The notes: generated from the letters alone by a model not told the origin. Numbered from the stretch's first letter, positions 23,047 through 30,905 are shown. The stretch is DNA of 32,000 nt from Candidatus Peribacter riflensis (GCA_001430755.1 CP013062.1:390001-422000), one strand, 5' to 3'. Made by a program: numbers and translations.

Positions 23047-24339
23047 TCAGCTCTCCGGTTGCCCAGTCCGTTCATGAAAAGGATAGCGCTGCGAATGGTC
23101 GACATTGCGCAGAGAAGCGAGTTTCTCGAAGAAGGAATGCACTTTCCCCGGTTTTCCATCCTGTGACTCGATTCCCAGGAGCAGGGAAGGATCGCCGTTC
23201 GATTGCGCGGCGTCGAAATGGGCATAGGCAATGTTCACTCCATCCAAGCCCTCCCCCAGATCGTTGAGTAATTGAAGCAGTGCTTTCGGTCGGTTTGGCA
23301 GGTGCACTCCCAAATGCATGACGATGCGACGGTATTGAATGGCATTTTTGAGCACGAGGTCATTCCTGCTCATGTCAAAATTTGTTCCTGAAAGGACGCA
23401 CACCGTCGCTCCCGCTTTCGGCTTTTCAACCTGTTCCAATGCGGCAATGGAAAGCGCTCCTGCAGGTTCGGTGATTCTGCCATCAATTTGATAGAGGTCT
23501 ACCATTGCTGCGGAGAGGAGACCGTTCGAAACGGTCATCAGGCGCGCACGTCCCTGTTTGACCGCCTCTTGAACGACGGAGAACGGACGGTCCCCGGGGC
23601 GTGCGACGGCAGCGCCGTCAACGAAGGTATCCACGTGTTCCAGGGTCACGGGATGTCCTGCCTCCAGGGATGCGGCCATGCAGGCGGCGCCTTCCGGTTC
23701 CACGCCGATGATCTCTGTTTCTGGATGGGATTGCATGGCGAGAACCGTCCCGGCCATGAGTCCTCCGCCCCCCACAGGGACGAGGATCCGCGCGATCCGC
23801 TCCCGTCGGTTCTGCATCTGGCTCGCGATTTCCGCGGCCACGGTTCCCTGTCCACGGATGACATCCCAGTCGTCAAAAGGATGGAGAAAGACCGCCTGCC
23901 GTTCCTCGGCAAAGGCATGAGCCGCGTCCGCTGCCTCATCGTATTTGTCCCCGATGAGAGCGATGTCGACGTTTCCGTTTCCATGACGCTGTGTAGCATT
24001 GACTTTCTGCGGCTTCGTGATGGTGGGCATGAAGATGGTTCCTCTGGTCCGGAAGTAATTGCATGCTGCGGCTACTCCCTGCGCGTGATTCCCTGCGCTG
24101 GCGCACACCACCCCGCGTGACAGCTCTTCCTCCGTGAGCGACTGCATCTTTGCGGCTGCACCCCGTCCTTTGTACGAGCGCACCATCTGCTGGCCTTCGT
24201 CTTTGATGTAGACGGGGTCACCGCAGAGCGCGCTGAGGCGTGCGGAGAGTGGGAGAGGCGTTTCGCAGATCAGCTCGGGCGGCAGTGCTCTGCGCGTGTG
24301 CTGTATCTCTTCAGAGGTGGGGGGATGCGTGGCATTCAT
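23047..24339 (-). CDS. ilvA: Threonine ammonia-lyase (threonine dehydratase)
   Basis: The PLP-lysine region is MVRSYKGRGAAAKM (cf. FKxRGA). Also present are SAGNHAQGVAAAC, the glycine loop VPVGGGGLMAG, and a C-terminal ACT-like regulatory domain. I prefer ATG 24339 because the listed TTG start (24372) lies inside the U-tract of the upstream terminator. Confidence 0.9.
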   Translation of the reverse strand: MNATHPPTSEEIQHTRRALPPELICETPLPLSARLSALCGDPVYIKDEGQQMVRSYKGRGAAAKMQSLTEEELSRGVVCASAGNHAQGVAAACNYFRTRGTIFMPTITKPQKVNATQRHGNGNVDIALIGDKYDEAADAAHAFAEERQAVFLHPFDDWDVIRGQGTVAAEIASQMQNRRERIARILVPVGGGGLMAGTVLAMQSHPETEIIGVEPEGAACMAASLEAGHPVTLEHVDTFVDGAAVARPGDRPFSVVQEAVKQGRARLMTVSNGLLSAAMVDLYQIDGRITEPAGALSIAALEQVEKPKAGATVCVLSGTNFDMSRNDLVLKNAIQYRRIVMHLGVHLPNRPKALLQLLNDLGEGLDGVNIAYAHFDAAQSNGDPSLLLGIESQDGKPGKVHSFFEKLASLRNVDHSQRYPFHERTGQPES

Positions 24340-24368
24340 GGGAGAGTGGGAAGGGGAGGAGTGCGCAT

Positions 24369-24392
24369 ACAAAAAATCCCGCAGGCGCGGGA
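24369..24392 (-). terminator. Intrinsic terminator of the ilvA leader (attenuator)
   Basis: The minus strand reads TCCCGC-GCCT-GCGGGA (24377-24392) followed by TTTTTT (24371-24376), 31 nt upstream of the ilvA ATG. Confidence 0.7.
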
Positions 24393-24425
24393 GAGTAGGG
24401 GAGAGAATATGCAGCAGCTACTTCC

Positions 24426-24482
24426 TCACGCCGTGGTGGCGGGGGTAATAATCATGCTGCTGATCATGAATCTCTGAGCCAT
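24426..24482 (-). CDS. Candidate ilvA leader peptide (18 aa)
   Basis: The codons are ATG GCT CAG AGA TTC ATG ATC AGC AGC ATG ATT ATT ACC CCC GCC ACC ACG GCG TGA, giving MAQRFMISSMIITPATTA. That is 3 Ile and 3 Thr codons, lying between a promoter and a terminator. Confidence 0.55.
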   Translation of the reverse strand: MAQRFMISSMIITPATTA

Positions 24483-24492
24483 TTGTGCCAGT

Positions 24493-24520
24493 ATTGTAGT
24501 AGGGAGATGACTGCCGTCAA
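24493..24520 (-). promoter_or_regulatory. Promoter of the ilvA leader
   Basis: The minus strand reads TTGACG (24515-24520), 16 nt, TACAAT (24493-24498), 10 nt, then the leader ATG (24482). Confidence 0.55.
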
Positions 24521-24567
24521 TTGGAATCTCTTCATCGGCTTGTTTCTTCCATACTGCCCATTTGCCT

Positions 24568-24643
24568 TGGTCGGGGCGAAAGGACTCGAACCTTCGGCCT
24601 CACGGTCCCGAACCGTGCGCTCTACCAACTGAGCTACGCCCCG
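24568..24643 (-). tRNA. tRNA-Pro (anticodon CGG), CCA encoded
   Basis: The reverse complement reads CGGGGCG TA GCTC AGTTGGTA GAGC G CACGG TTCGGGA CCGTG AGGCC GAAGG TTCGAGT CCTTT CGCCCCG A CCA, a 76-nt cloverleaf. Confidence 0.93.
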
Positions 24644-24744
24644 ATGCGTGCCATCCTAGCAGAGGAGTGAAAGGGTGACAGGGGATTTCCCCTGCCTTCT
24701 TTCGGGAAGGATCGGCACATATTTTTCTGGTAGTATAAGGTCTC

Positions 24745-25686
24745 GTGACGTTACCGAGGAAAGCGATCATCGGCGTAGTACTGGCCAGCGTGTCTGTTCT
24801 GGCGCTCCTTTCTTGTATCGGATTCCTGTTCTTCTGCTCGGCTGCGTGGTGCCCGAATTTCTCTTTTGTGAAGATTCGCTCTGCGACGGATTTCGTTTCC
24901 TGCACGGAGCTGGGGTTTTTGGTGATGGAATCTTCCCCGCCGAGTTGCAGAGCCGGTGGTGCGGTCTTCTATGCGGATGACGCGGCGCGCCTGCGGGTGA
25001 GTGCTCCTCTCCCACAGCAAGAGATCGCCCTCCCGTTCACGCTGGCGGGGTCGGTGCGTGTCGGGAGTGGGACGCAAGTACATTTCGACCTGCTCGATCA
25101 GGATGGGTTCGCGCTCACGGCAGGCGAGGCGGAGTTGCCCAAGGCGCTCTCTGGCCAGTGGATTCCTTTTCGGGAGTCCGTGTCCTATCCCCGCCCACTG
25201 GGCACCGGCGGAACAGTGGAGGTCTCGATGGTGTCGCCGCGGGGAACCGTGATGGAGCAGGCGAAGATTCCCGTCCGTTTTCTCACCGTGGCTTCCGTCG
25301 AGGTGAAGGCGTTCTTCGGCAATACCGAGCGGGATGCCCAGACCCTGTACTGCGATGTCTCGTACCCCGTCGCCCGCCGGATCGCTGTCTCCGAAGATGT
25401 GCTCGAGGCCTCGCTGCGTGAGCTGCTCAAAGGCCCCGCATTGCAGGAGCAGCAGCAGCACTTCTTCACTAGTCTGCCTGCCGGAGTGGAGGTGCGCTCC
25501 ATTGAGGACGACGACGGACAGGTGCGGGTGACCTTCAATCGCGCGCTTCTCGATGGCGTGGCCGGCTCCTGCCGCGTGCAGGCGATCCGCTCGCAGATCG
25601 AGCGCACACTGAAACAGTTCCCGTTTGTGACAGAAGTCACCATCGCGGTGGAGGGGATGCCCGACGAAGAAGTCCTCCAGCCCTAA
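24745..25686 (+). CDS. Membrane-anchored GerMN-domain protein
   Basis: It has a GTG start, an N-terminal TM (IIGVVLASVSVLALLSCIGFLFF), an Ig-like middle region and a C-terminal GerMN-like segment (LRELLKGP...SLPAGVEVRSIEDDDGQVRVTFNRALL...IRSQIERTLKQFPFVTEVTIAVEG). Confidence 0.8.
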   Translation: MTLPRKAIIGVVLASVSVLALLSCIGFLFFCSAAWCPNFSFVKIRSATDFVSCTELGFLVMESSPPSCRAGGAVFYADDAARLRVSAPLPQQEIALPFTLAGSVRVGSGTQVHFDLLDQDGFALTAGEAELPKALSGQWIPFRESVSYPRPLGTGGTVEVSMVSPRGTVMEQAKIPVRFLTVASVEVKAFFGNTERDAQTLYCDVSYPVARRIAVSEDVLEASLRELLKGPALQEQQQHFFTSLPAGVEVRSIEDDDGQVRVTFNRALLDGVAGSCRVQAIRSQIERTLKQFPFVTEVTIAVEGMPDEEVLQP

Positions 25687-25710
25687 CCCTAACCCTAACC
25701 CTAACCCTAC
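25681..25710. repeat. Telomere-like hexamer tract (CCCTAA)4-CCCTAC
   Basis: This is a perfect tandem repeat. The TAA stop of the plus gene (25684-25686) and the TAG stop of the minus gene (25707-25709) both lie inside it. The minus strand carries five GGG runs. Confidence 0.95.
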
Positions 25711-26174
25711 TCCTCCGTGGTGGCATTCGTGCTCCCCGGCTGGCGAATGCTTTCGTGCACCTGCTGGTAGCGGCGCCGCGAGCGGTACCGCAGAAGGAGC
25801 GTGCCCTGCTCGGCGCGGCGGGGGAGGGCATTTTCGATGCGGTGCTGCGCACCGGTGCGCAGGCGGGTCAGTACGGTTTGGCGACGTGCCTTCTCTCGCT
25901 CTTCGCGGTTGCTCAGGCGCTCACGCTCCTTCGCCAGTTTCTGCTCGATCGTCCACGCATTCTGCTTGCGGTTGACGCACTGGCGGAGCCGGTAGAGCAG
26001 TGCGGCTTCCAGATCGCCCTGGCCGTACGGGAGGGCGGCGCGGCACTCAGTATCCCACATCTGCCGTTGGGTCTGTTCGGGCGTGAGCTCCTCCTCCGTC
26101 TCCGTTGCGAGCGCAGAGAAGGGGAGCGAGAGCGAAAGGAGTGAGAGGGTGAGAGCGGAGAGGAAGGTGCGCAT
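25707..26174 (-). CDS. Secreted hypothetical protein (155 aa)
   Basis: I place the start at ATG 26174 (MRTFLSALTLSLLSLSLPFSALA, a signal peptide). The remainder is charged and helical (KLAKERERLSNREEREKARRQ). Confidence 0.7.
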   Translation of the reverse strand: MRTFLSALTLSLLSLSLPFSALATETEEELTPEQTQRQMWDTECRAALPYGQGDLEAALLYRLRQCVNRKQNAWTIEQKLAKERERLSNREEREKARRQTVLTRLRTGAQHRIENALPRRAEQGTLLLRYRSRRRYQQVHESIRQPGSTNATTEE

Positions 26175-26295
26175 GGCCGGTATTGTCCCCCTGCGAGCAT
26201 GAGGAATGCAAGATGCCTGCCCCGCACCGGGGCCATCACCATCATCATGATGCGTGGTCGCATCGGCTTCTGGTGCAGGGGTAGAATCATCGCAC

Positions 26296-28365
26296 GTGCA
26301 GCTCTCTTCACCACTCACGGCTCCGCTCCTCAAGACCACTCCCGTCTACATTGAGGCGCTGAAGGCGATGGGCATCGAGACTGTTGAGCATCTGGTGCTC
26401 ACGCTCCCGCGCGCGCATGAAGATTTGAGCCAGATCCAGACCGTTGCCGATTCGCCCCTCGATGAGAAGGTGACAATCCGCGGCACGATGGGCCGTGTCG
26501 ATCTCGTGCGCACGCGCAGCAGGAAGATGATCGTGAAAGGGATCTTCACCGATACCAATGGTGACAGCGTGGAGGTGGTGTGGTTCAACCAGCCCCATGT
26601 GAAGCGCATGATCGCCGAGGGCGACGAGGTCGTGCTCACCGGAAAACTGCAGGAGGAGGGGACCAAGATAAAAATGCCGAGCCCGCAGTTCGAACGCGCC
26701 GGGGTGCGTCCGCTCGTGCACGCGGGGCGGCTGGTGCCGATCTACCCGCAGCACGAGAGCATCCACACCAAGTGGCTGCGAGAGAAGATGGTGCTGGTCC
26801 GACCGGCGATGAAGGACCTGCCCGAAACATTGCCCAGGGAGATCGTGGAAGACGAAAAACTCCTCTCACGTGCGCAGTCTGTGGAGGCGCTGCATTTTCC
26901 CACGAAGCCGGAAGACGTTACACGCGCACGCGAGCGTCAGGCCTTCGAAGAGATGTACCGCCTGCAGGTCGAGGCGCTCACACGGCGGGCGGAGTGGCAG
27001 CGCCTGAAACAGGAGCGGCTCAAAATTCCCATGGATGCCGAGCTCATCCGCGCGTTCTTCCGCACTCTCAGGTTCACGCCGACGAAGAGCCAGAAGATCG
27101 CGATCTACGAAATTCTGCGCGATATGGAGAAAGACATGGCGATGTCGCGGCTGCTCGAGGGGGACGTGGGTTCGGGCAAGACGCTCGTCGCCGCGGCGGT
27201 GATGGCCAATGTCCTCTCGCACGGCGGCCAGTGCGCTCTCATGGTTCCCACAGAAGTGCTGGCGCGCCAGCACGCCGAGACCGTATCGCGCATGCTCGTG
27301 GCGCTCCATAACGATCTGCAGGCACGGCGGACCCGCGGGGAACCTGTGCCGCCCCTGCGGCTTCCCACGACAGCGCTCCTGGTGGGATCCCTGCCGGCTG
27401 CAGAGGCGGATTCCGTGCGCCGGACGATCGCGGCCGGCCAGGTGGATATTGTCATCGGGACGCACGCGCTCATTCAGGATGCGGTGCAGTTTGCCGATTT
27501 AAAGCTTGTGATCGTGGATGAGCAGCACCGGTTCGGGGTGGACCAGCGCGTGCGGCTGCAGGAGAAGGGGAACCCGCACACCCTCACCATGACGGCTACG
27601 CCCATTCCGCGCACGCTCGCGCTCACGGCGTTCGGGCACCATGACCTCTCGGTGCTGCTCGAGAAGCCGGGAAACCGCAAGACGATTCACACGAAGGTGG
27701 TATCGCCCCGCGACCGCGCAACCGTGGAGCGGTTCGTGGATCAGCAGATCGCAGAGGGACGGCAGGTCTTCGTCATCTGTCCCCTCATTGCCGCGGCGGA
27801 TGCGGAGGGGCTTTCAGAGGTGAAGAGCGTGGAGCGCGAGACGGAGCGGCTCCGCTTGAGCTTTTCGAAGCGGAAGATCGTCGCTCTGCACGGCAGGATG
27901 CCCCCGAAAGACAAAGAGCGCGTGATGCGGGCGTTCAAAGATCGCCAGCATGACATCCTCGTGTCCACTGCGGTGATCGAGGTGGGGATCGATGTGCCGA
28001 ATGCCTCGCTCATCCTGATCGAGGGATCCGAACGGTTCGGCCTCTCCCAGCTGCACCAATTTCGCGGCCGGGTGGGGCGCGGGGAGCACCAGAGTCACTG
28101 TTTCCTCTTCACGACGACACCCGAGCAGGCGCGCTCTCCGCGACTCAAAGCCATGGAGGAACACGACAGCGGATTTGTGCTCGCCGAGATCGACTTAAAG
28201 CTGCGGGGCCCCGGAGAACTCTTCGGCACACGGCAGAGCGGTTTTGCGGTGAGTGCCTTGCAGGAATTTTTGCAGCCGGAATTCATTGTGCGTGCGCGCA
28301 GGGCCGCAGAGCGCACTTTGGGCGAAAAGCCGTTTGCCGAGAGTACAATGGCTGCTAGACTCTAG
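26296..28365 (+). CDS. recG: ATP-dependent DNA helicase RecG
   Basis: An OB/wedge region precedes helicase motif I (LLEGDVGSGKTLVAAAVM), motif II (VIVDEQHRFGV), TATPIPRTLAL and QLHQFRGRVGRG. I prefer the GTG start at 26296, 8 nt after TAGAAT (26282-26287). The listed ORF start at 26254 is the alternative. Confidence 0.93.
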   Translation: MQLSSPLTAPLLKTTPVYIEALKAMGIETVEHLVLTLPRAHEDLSQIQTVADSPLDEKVTIRGTMGRVDLVRTRSRKMIVKGIFTDTNGDSVEVVWFNQPHVKRMIAEGDEVVLTGKLQEEGTKIKMPSPQFERAGVRPLVHAGRLVPIYPQHESIHTKWLREKMVLVRPAMKDLPETLPREIVEDEKLLSRAQSVEALHFPTKPEDVTRARERQAFEEMYRLQVEALTRRAEWQRLKQERLKIPMDAELIRAFFRTLRFTPTKSQKIAIYEILRDMEKDMAMSRLLEGDVGSGKTLVAAAVMANVLSHGGQCALMVPTEVLARQHAETVSRMLVALHNDLQARRTRGEPVPPLRLPTTALLVGSLPAAEADSVRRTIAAGQVDIVIGTHALIQDAVQFADLKLVIVDEQHRFGVDQRVRLQEKGNPHTLTMTATPIPRTLALTAFGHHDLSVLLEKPGNRKTIHTKVVSPRDRATVERFVDQQIAEGRQVFVICPLIAAADAEGLSEVKSVERETERLRLSFSKRKIVALHGRMPPKDKERVMRAFKDRQHDILVSTAVIEVGIDVPNASLILIEGSERFGLSQLHQFRGRVGRGEHQSHCFLFTTTPEQARSPRLKAMEEHDSGFVLAEIDLKLRGPGELFGTRQSGFAVSALQEFLQPEFIVRARRAAERTLGEKPFAESTMAARL

Positions 28366-28386
28366 ATCAAGCATTTCCCCGCTTCC

Positions 28387-29025
28387 ATGGCACAGACTCC
28401 CACTCCTCCACAGCCTCCCCGTCCGGGTGATCCCGTGCCCGCCGGGGGACTCGATCCCACCCAGGTCTTCGGATCGCCGCCCCCTCCGCCGCCGGCGCAG
28501 GGTCAGCAGACCGGCGGAGCCCAGCAGGGTGATGGAGCCGCCATGCCTGCGGATCAGGGGCCGCCCCCGCCTCCGGTCGGGACGAAAGCCACGAAGGAGA
28601 TGGGCTTTGACGACGAAGATTTGAAAATCCTCGGCGAAGTGGGCAACTACCGGTTCGGGAGCATCACCGTCGCGCTCACGAACGACAACATTCCCATTCC
28701 GCCGCATTCCGAAACGAAGTTCGACGACCAGCAGTTTCTCACGCTGCTCCGTGGCTCCATCTCGCTCACCCGGGACGAGAAGTGGCGCATCATCATGGCG
28801 ATTCCCAAGCTCTCGCAGTTCCAGATCGACGAGCTCCAGAAAATTCTGGAGGAAGAGAGGCGCAAGTTCTCGGAGCTTTCTCCCAAGCACCTGCTGCAGC
28901 TCCAGAAACTGGAGCAGAAGCATGCCGAAGACTGGCGCGATCTGCAGGCGATTTCTGTCCAGCAGACCGCACGCGGTCAGGAGCAGTCGGAAGCCGATGC
29001 CATCCGCAAACAACTGGGATTGTAA
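28387..29025 (+). CDS. Hypothetical protein with Pro/Gly/Gln-rich N-terminus (212 aa)
   Basis: The ORF lies 21 nt after recG. A low-complexity N-terminal 70 aa is followed by a structured C-terminal half (LTRDEKWRIIMAIPKLSQFQIDELQKILEEERRKF). I recognise no family. Confidence 0.7.
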   Translation: MAQTPTPPQPPRPGDPVPAGGLDPTQVFGSPPPPPPAQGQQTGGAQQGDGAAMPADQGPPPPPVGTKATKEMGFDDEDLKILGEVGNYRFGSITVALTNDNIPIPPHSETKFDDQQFLTLLRGSISLTRDEKWRIIMAIPKLSQFQIDELQKILEEERRKFSELSPKHLLQLQKLEQKHAEDWRDLQAISVQQTARGQEQSEADAIRKQLGL

Positions 29026-29027
29026 TT

Positions 29028-29123
29028 CATGAGAGACAAACCTTCAGCCTTCGCCCATCCACCGTCGCTAAAGCTATGGTGGACGAGTCGGGCTACGGCC
29101 GACAAGCCGGTTTTTCTCTCATG
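29028..29123. terminator. 96-nt imperfect palindromic element between convergent genes (candidate bidirectional terminator / REP-like)
   Basis: The outer arms are CATGAGAGACAAACC (29028-29042) and GGTTTTTCTCTCATG (29109-29123), 14 of 15 complementary. The inner sequence is centred on GTCGCTAAAGCTA with TCCACC/GGTGGA pairing. T-rich runs follow the stem on both strands. Confidence 0.55.
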
Positions 29124-29283
29124 AGCTCTCTTTTCCCTTTAGTGGTGCGGCTCCCCGTCCGAACGGCTCGGCCGGGCGGGCAGCGCTGGGTCCCGGCTTA
29201 AGCCACCCACCGCTTCGCCGCGACTTGTTGATTGCGCAAGCGTACGGATTTTTGCGATCCGCGAAAGCAAGATGGGAACGGAC

Positions 29284-29847
29284 TTACACAACGTTCATCC
29301 GGTACACGACGAAGACCGCGATACCGATTGCAAGGAGGAGCACGCCGCTCATCCACTTTTTGCCGAGCAGCTGCCAGAGGCCGCTGAAGAGCAGAAAGAG
29401 GTAGGCGGCGAACGTGAAGCTCAACACCAAAGGAGAGAGGAAGAGCCCCTCCACGTAGGGAACGCGGAAGGGGAGCGGACGGCTGTGCTGGTAACTGCCG
29501 AGGGCGTACACGATGCAGTACCACGCCAAGAGCCATCCGGCGTAGAGGCGCAGGGTATCGAGGAGCGGAAAGTAGGTGCGCTCTTCTGCGGCCCTCGCCT
29601 GTGCGGTCGGCGCAGCGGTTTCCTGTGCAGGAGAGACGGCGGGCATCGGGGAGAGGAGTTCCTCAACCGGACGCTCGGGAGGAGGCGCTGCAGGGGGAGA
29701 GCCTGCGGCCGTTTCTTCGTGGAGTTCTTCCGGAATCAGGTGCATCTGACGGAGAGCCTCACGCGCAGCCTGCAGACTGAAGGCTTCAATGTTCCCTGTC
29801 ACTCGCTGCCCATCGGACTGGATGGCCGTGTAGGTGAACTGCGGCAT
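29284..29847 (-). CDS. Membrane protein with GspF/PilC-like N-terminal domain (187 aa)
   Basis: MPQFTYTAIQSDGQRVTGNIEAFSLQAAREALRQMHLIPEEL resembles the N-terminal cytoplasmic domain of type II secretion/type IV pilus platform proteins. A Pro/Ala linker follows, then about 4 TM helices. Confidence 0.7.
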   Translation of the reverse strand: MPQFTYTAIQSDGQRVTGNIEAFSLQAAREALRQMHLIPEELHEETAAGSPPAAPPPERPVEELLSPMPAVSPAQETAAPTAQARAAEERTYFPLLDTLRLYAGWLLAWYCIVYALGSYQHSRPLPFRVPYVEGLFLSPLVLSFTFAAYLFLLFSGLWQLLGKKWMSGVLLLAIGIAVFVVYRMNVV

Positions 29848-29866
29848 GGCGGTATCGTACCACAGC

Positions 29867-30802
29867 TCAGGCTCCGGGCTCCGCCTCCATCGCCGAGAGG
29901 TGCTGCGTCATGTACTCCACGGCCGCCTGCAGAGCGGCGGGGGCAACGATCTCGATGTGGCGATCTTTCGTCCACTCCCTGTAGCCGCGCACAGACGATC
30001 CATCAACGCGCACGGTGCCGTCGGCGACTCCTTTGGTGGAGAGCGACCCTCCCACCAGATTGACAGCGATCGCGCCTTCGCCGACCGACTCGATGCTCTG
30101 CGATCCCACTTCCACGTGCCAGAGCGCCTCAGAAGCGGTGCCGAAGGATTTGAAGTACCAGTTGCGGTGGATGGGGACGCAGAAGCCGATGGTGGGCGGG
30201 GCGCAGTACGCCTGTGTCCAATTGGCGGTATCCAGTTTCTGCTTGGCCATCGCAGCGATCTGGGCCGAGAGATCGACGGAGGGGGTGTCCGTCACGCTCG
30301 ATGCTGCGGCGGAGGACGCGGGGGGCGGGGTGGCAGGGACACTGCTGGCCGCCGGTGCGCTGGAGGATGGCAGAGAGGAGGAGGAAGAAGATGCTGCGGC
30401 GGCTGCGGACGAGGATGGGGTGCTGCTCACGGAAGCGCTCTCCATGAGCCGGATGCGCTCGACGCGCATGATCGTGCCGCCCTCTTCGACTGTGGGACGG
30501 ATGGATCCGGTGACTTCCGCCTCCTCTCCGACGTAGCCGTTCAGATCGACCGTTTCACTCGAGAGGAGGACGAAGCGCCCGTCGCCGAGCTCCAGGCGGT
30601 GTGTGCCTTCCATGTAGATGCTGATGCCCGCCGGACGGATCGTCCCGATGAAGGAGACGTTATGTGTCTCGGCGATGGCCTCCTGCGAAGAAGAGGAAGA
30701 CCACGCCTCATCCGTTTCCGGTTCGGTGGGGGGAGGGGTGTCTCCGCCGCAAGAGACGAGTGTGAGGGTGAGTGCGAGGAGGGAGAGGGTGCGCGAACGC
30801 AT
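29867..30802 (-). CDS. Lipoprotein, unknown function
   Basis: I place the start at ATG 30802 (MRSRTLSLLALTLTLVSCGG, a lipobox). There is an internal Ser/Ala/Pro-rich linker. The upstream ATG at 30829 overlaps a TAGAAT box. Confidence 0.75.
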   Translation of the reverse strand: MRSRTLSLLALTLTLVSCGGDTPPPTEPETDEAWSSSSSQEAIAETHNVSFIGTIRPAGISIYMEGTHRLELGDGRFVLLSSETVDLNGYVGEEAEVTGSIRPTVEEGGTIMRVERIRLMESASVSSTPSSSAAAAASSSSSSLPSSSAPAASSVPATPPPASSAAASSVTDTPSVDLSAQIAAMAKQKLDTANWTQAYCAPPTIGFCVPIHRNWYFKSFGTASEALWHVEVGSQSIESVGEGAIAVNLVGGSLSTKGVADGTVRVDGSSVRGYREWTKDRHIEIVAPAALQAAVEYMTQHLSAMEAEPGA

Positions 30803-30855
30803 GGAGAGAACGGGGAAAGGAATACGCATTCTAGCGGCAGAGAGGGGAGCGGGAC

Positions 30856-30887
30856 AATAAAAACCCCGGGGAGGTGGCTCCCCGGGG
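30856..30887 (-). terminator. Rho-independent terminator after the DsbA-family gene
   Basis: The minus strand reads CCCCGGGGAG-CCAC-CTCCCCGGGG (30864-30887), followed by TTTTTATT (30856-30863). It begins 19 nt after the stop. Confidence 0.8.
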
Positions 30888-30905
30888 GAAAGTGTCAAAC
30901 AGGGA

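Noticed and set aside
25681-25710. Eukaryotic contamination, or a linear-replicon end, as the source of the telomere-like repeat
   Set aside because: The tract is only 30 nt and is flanked on both sides by contiguous bacterial genes. It supplies both of their stop codons in frame, so it is an internal chromosomal feature.
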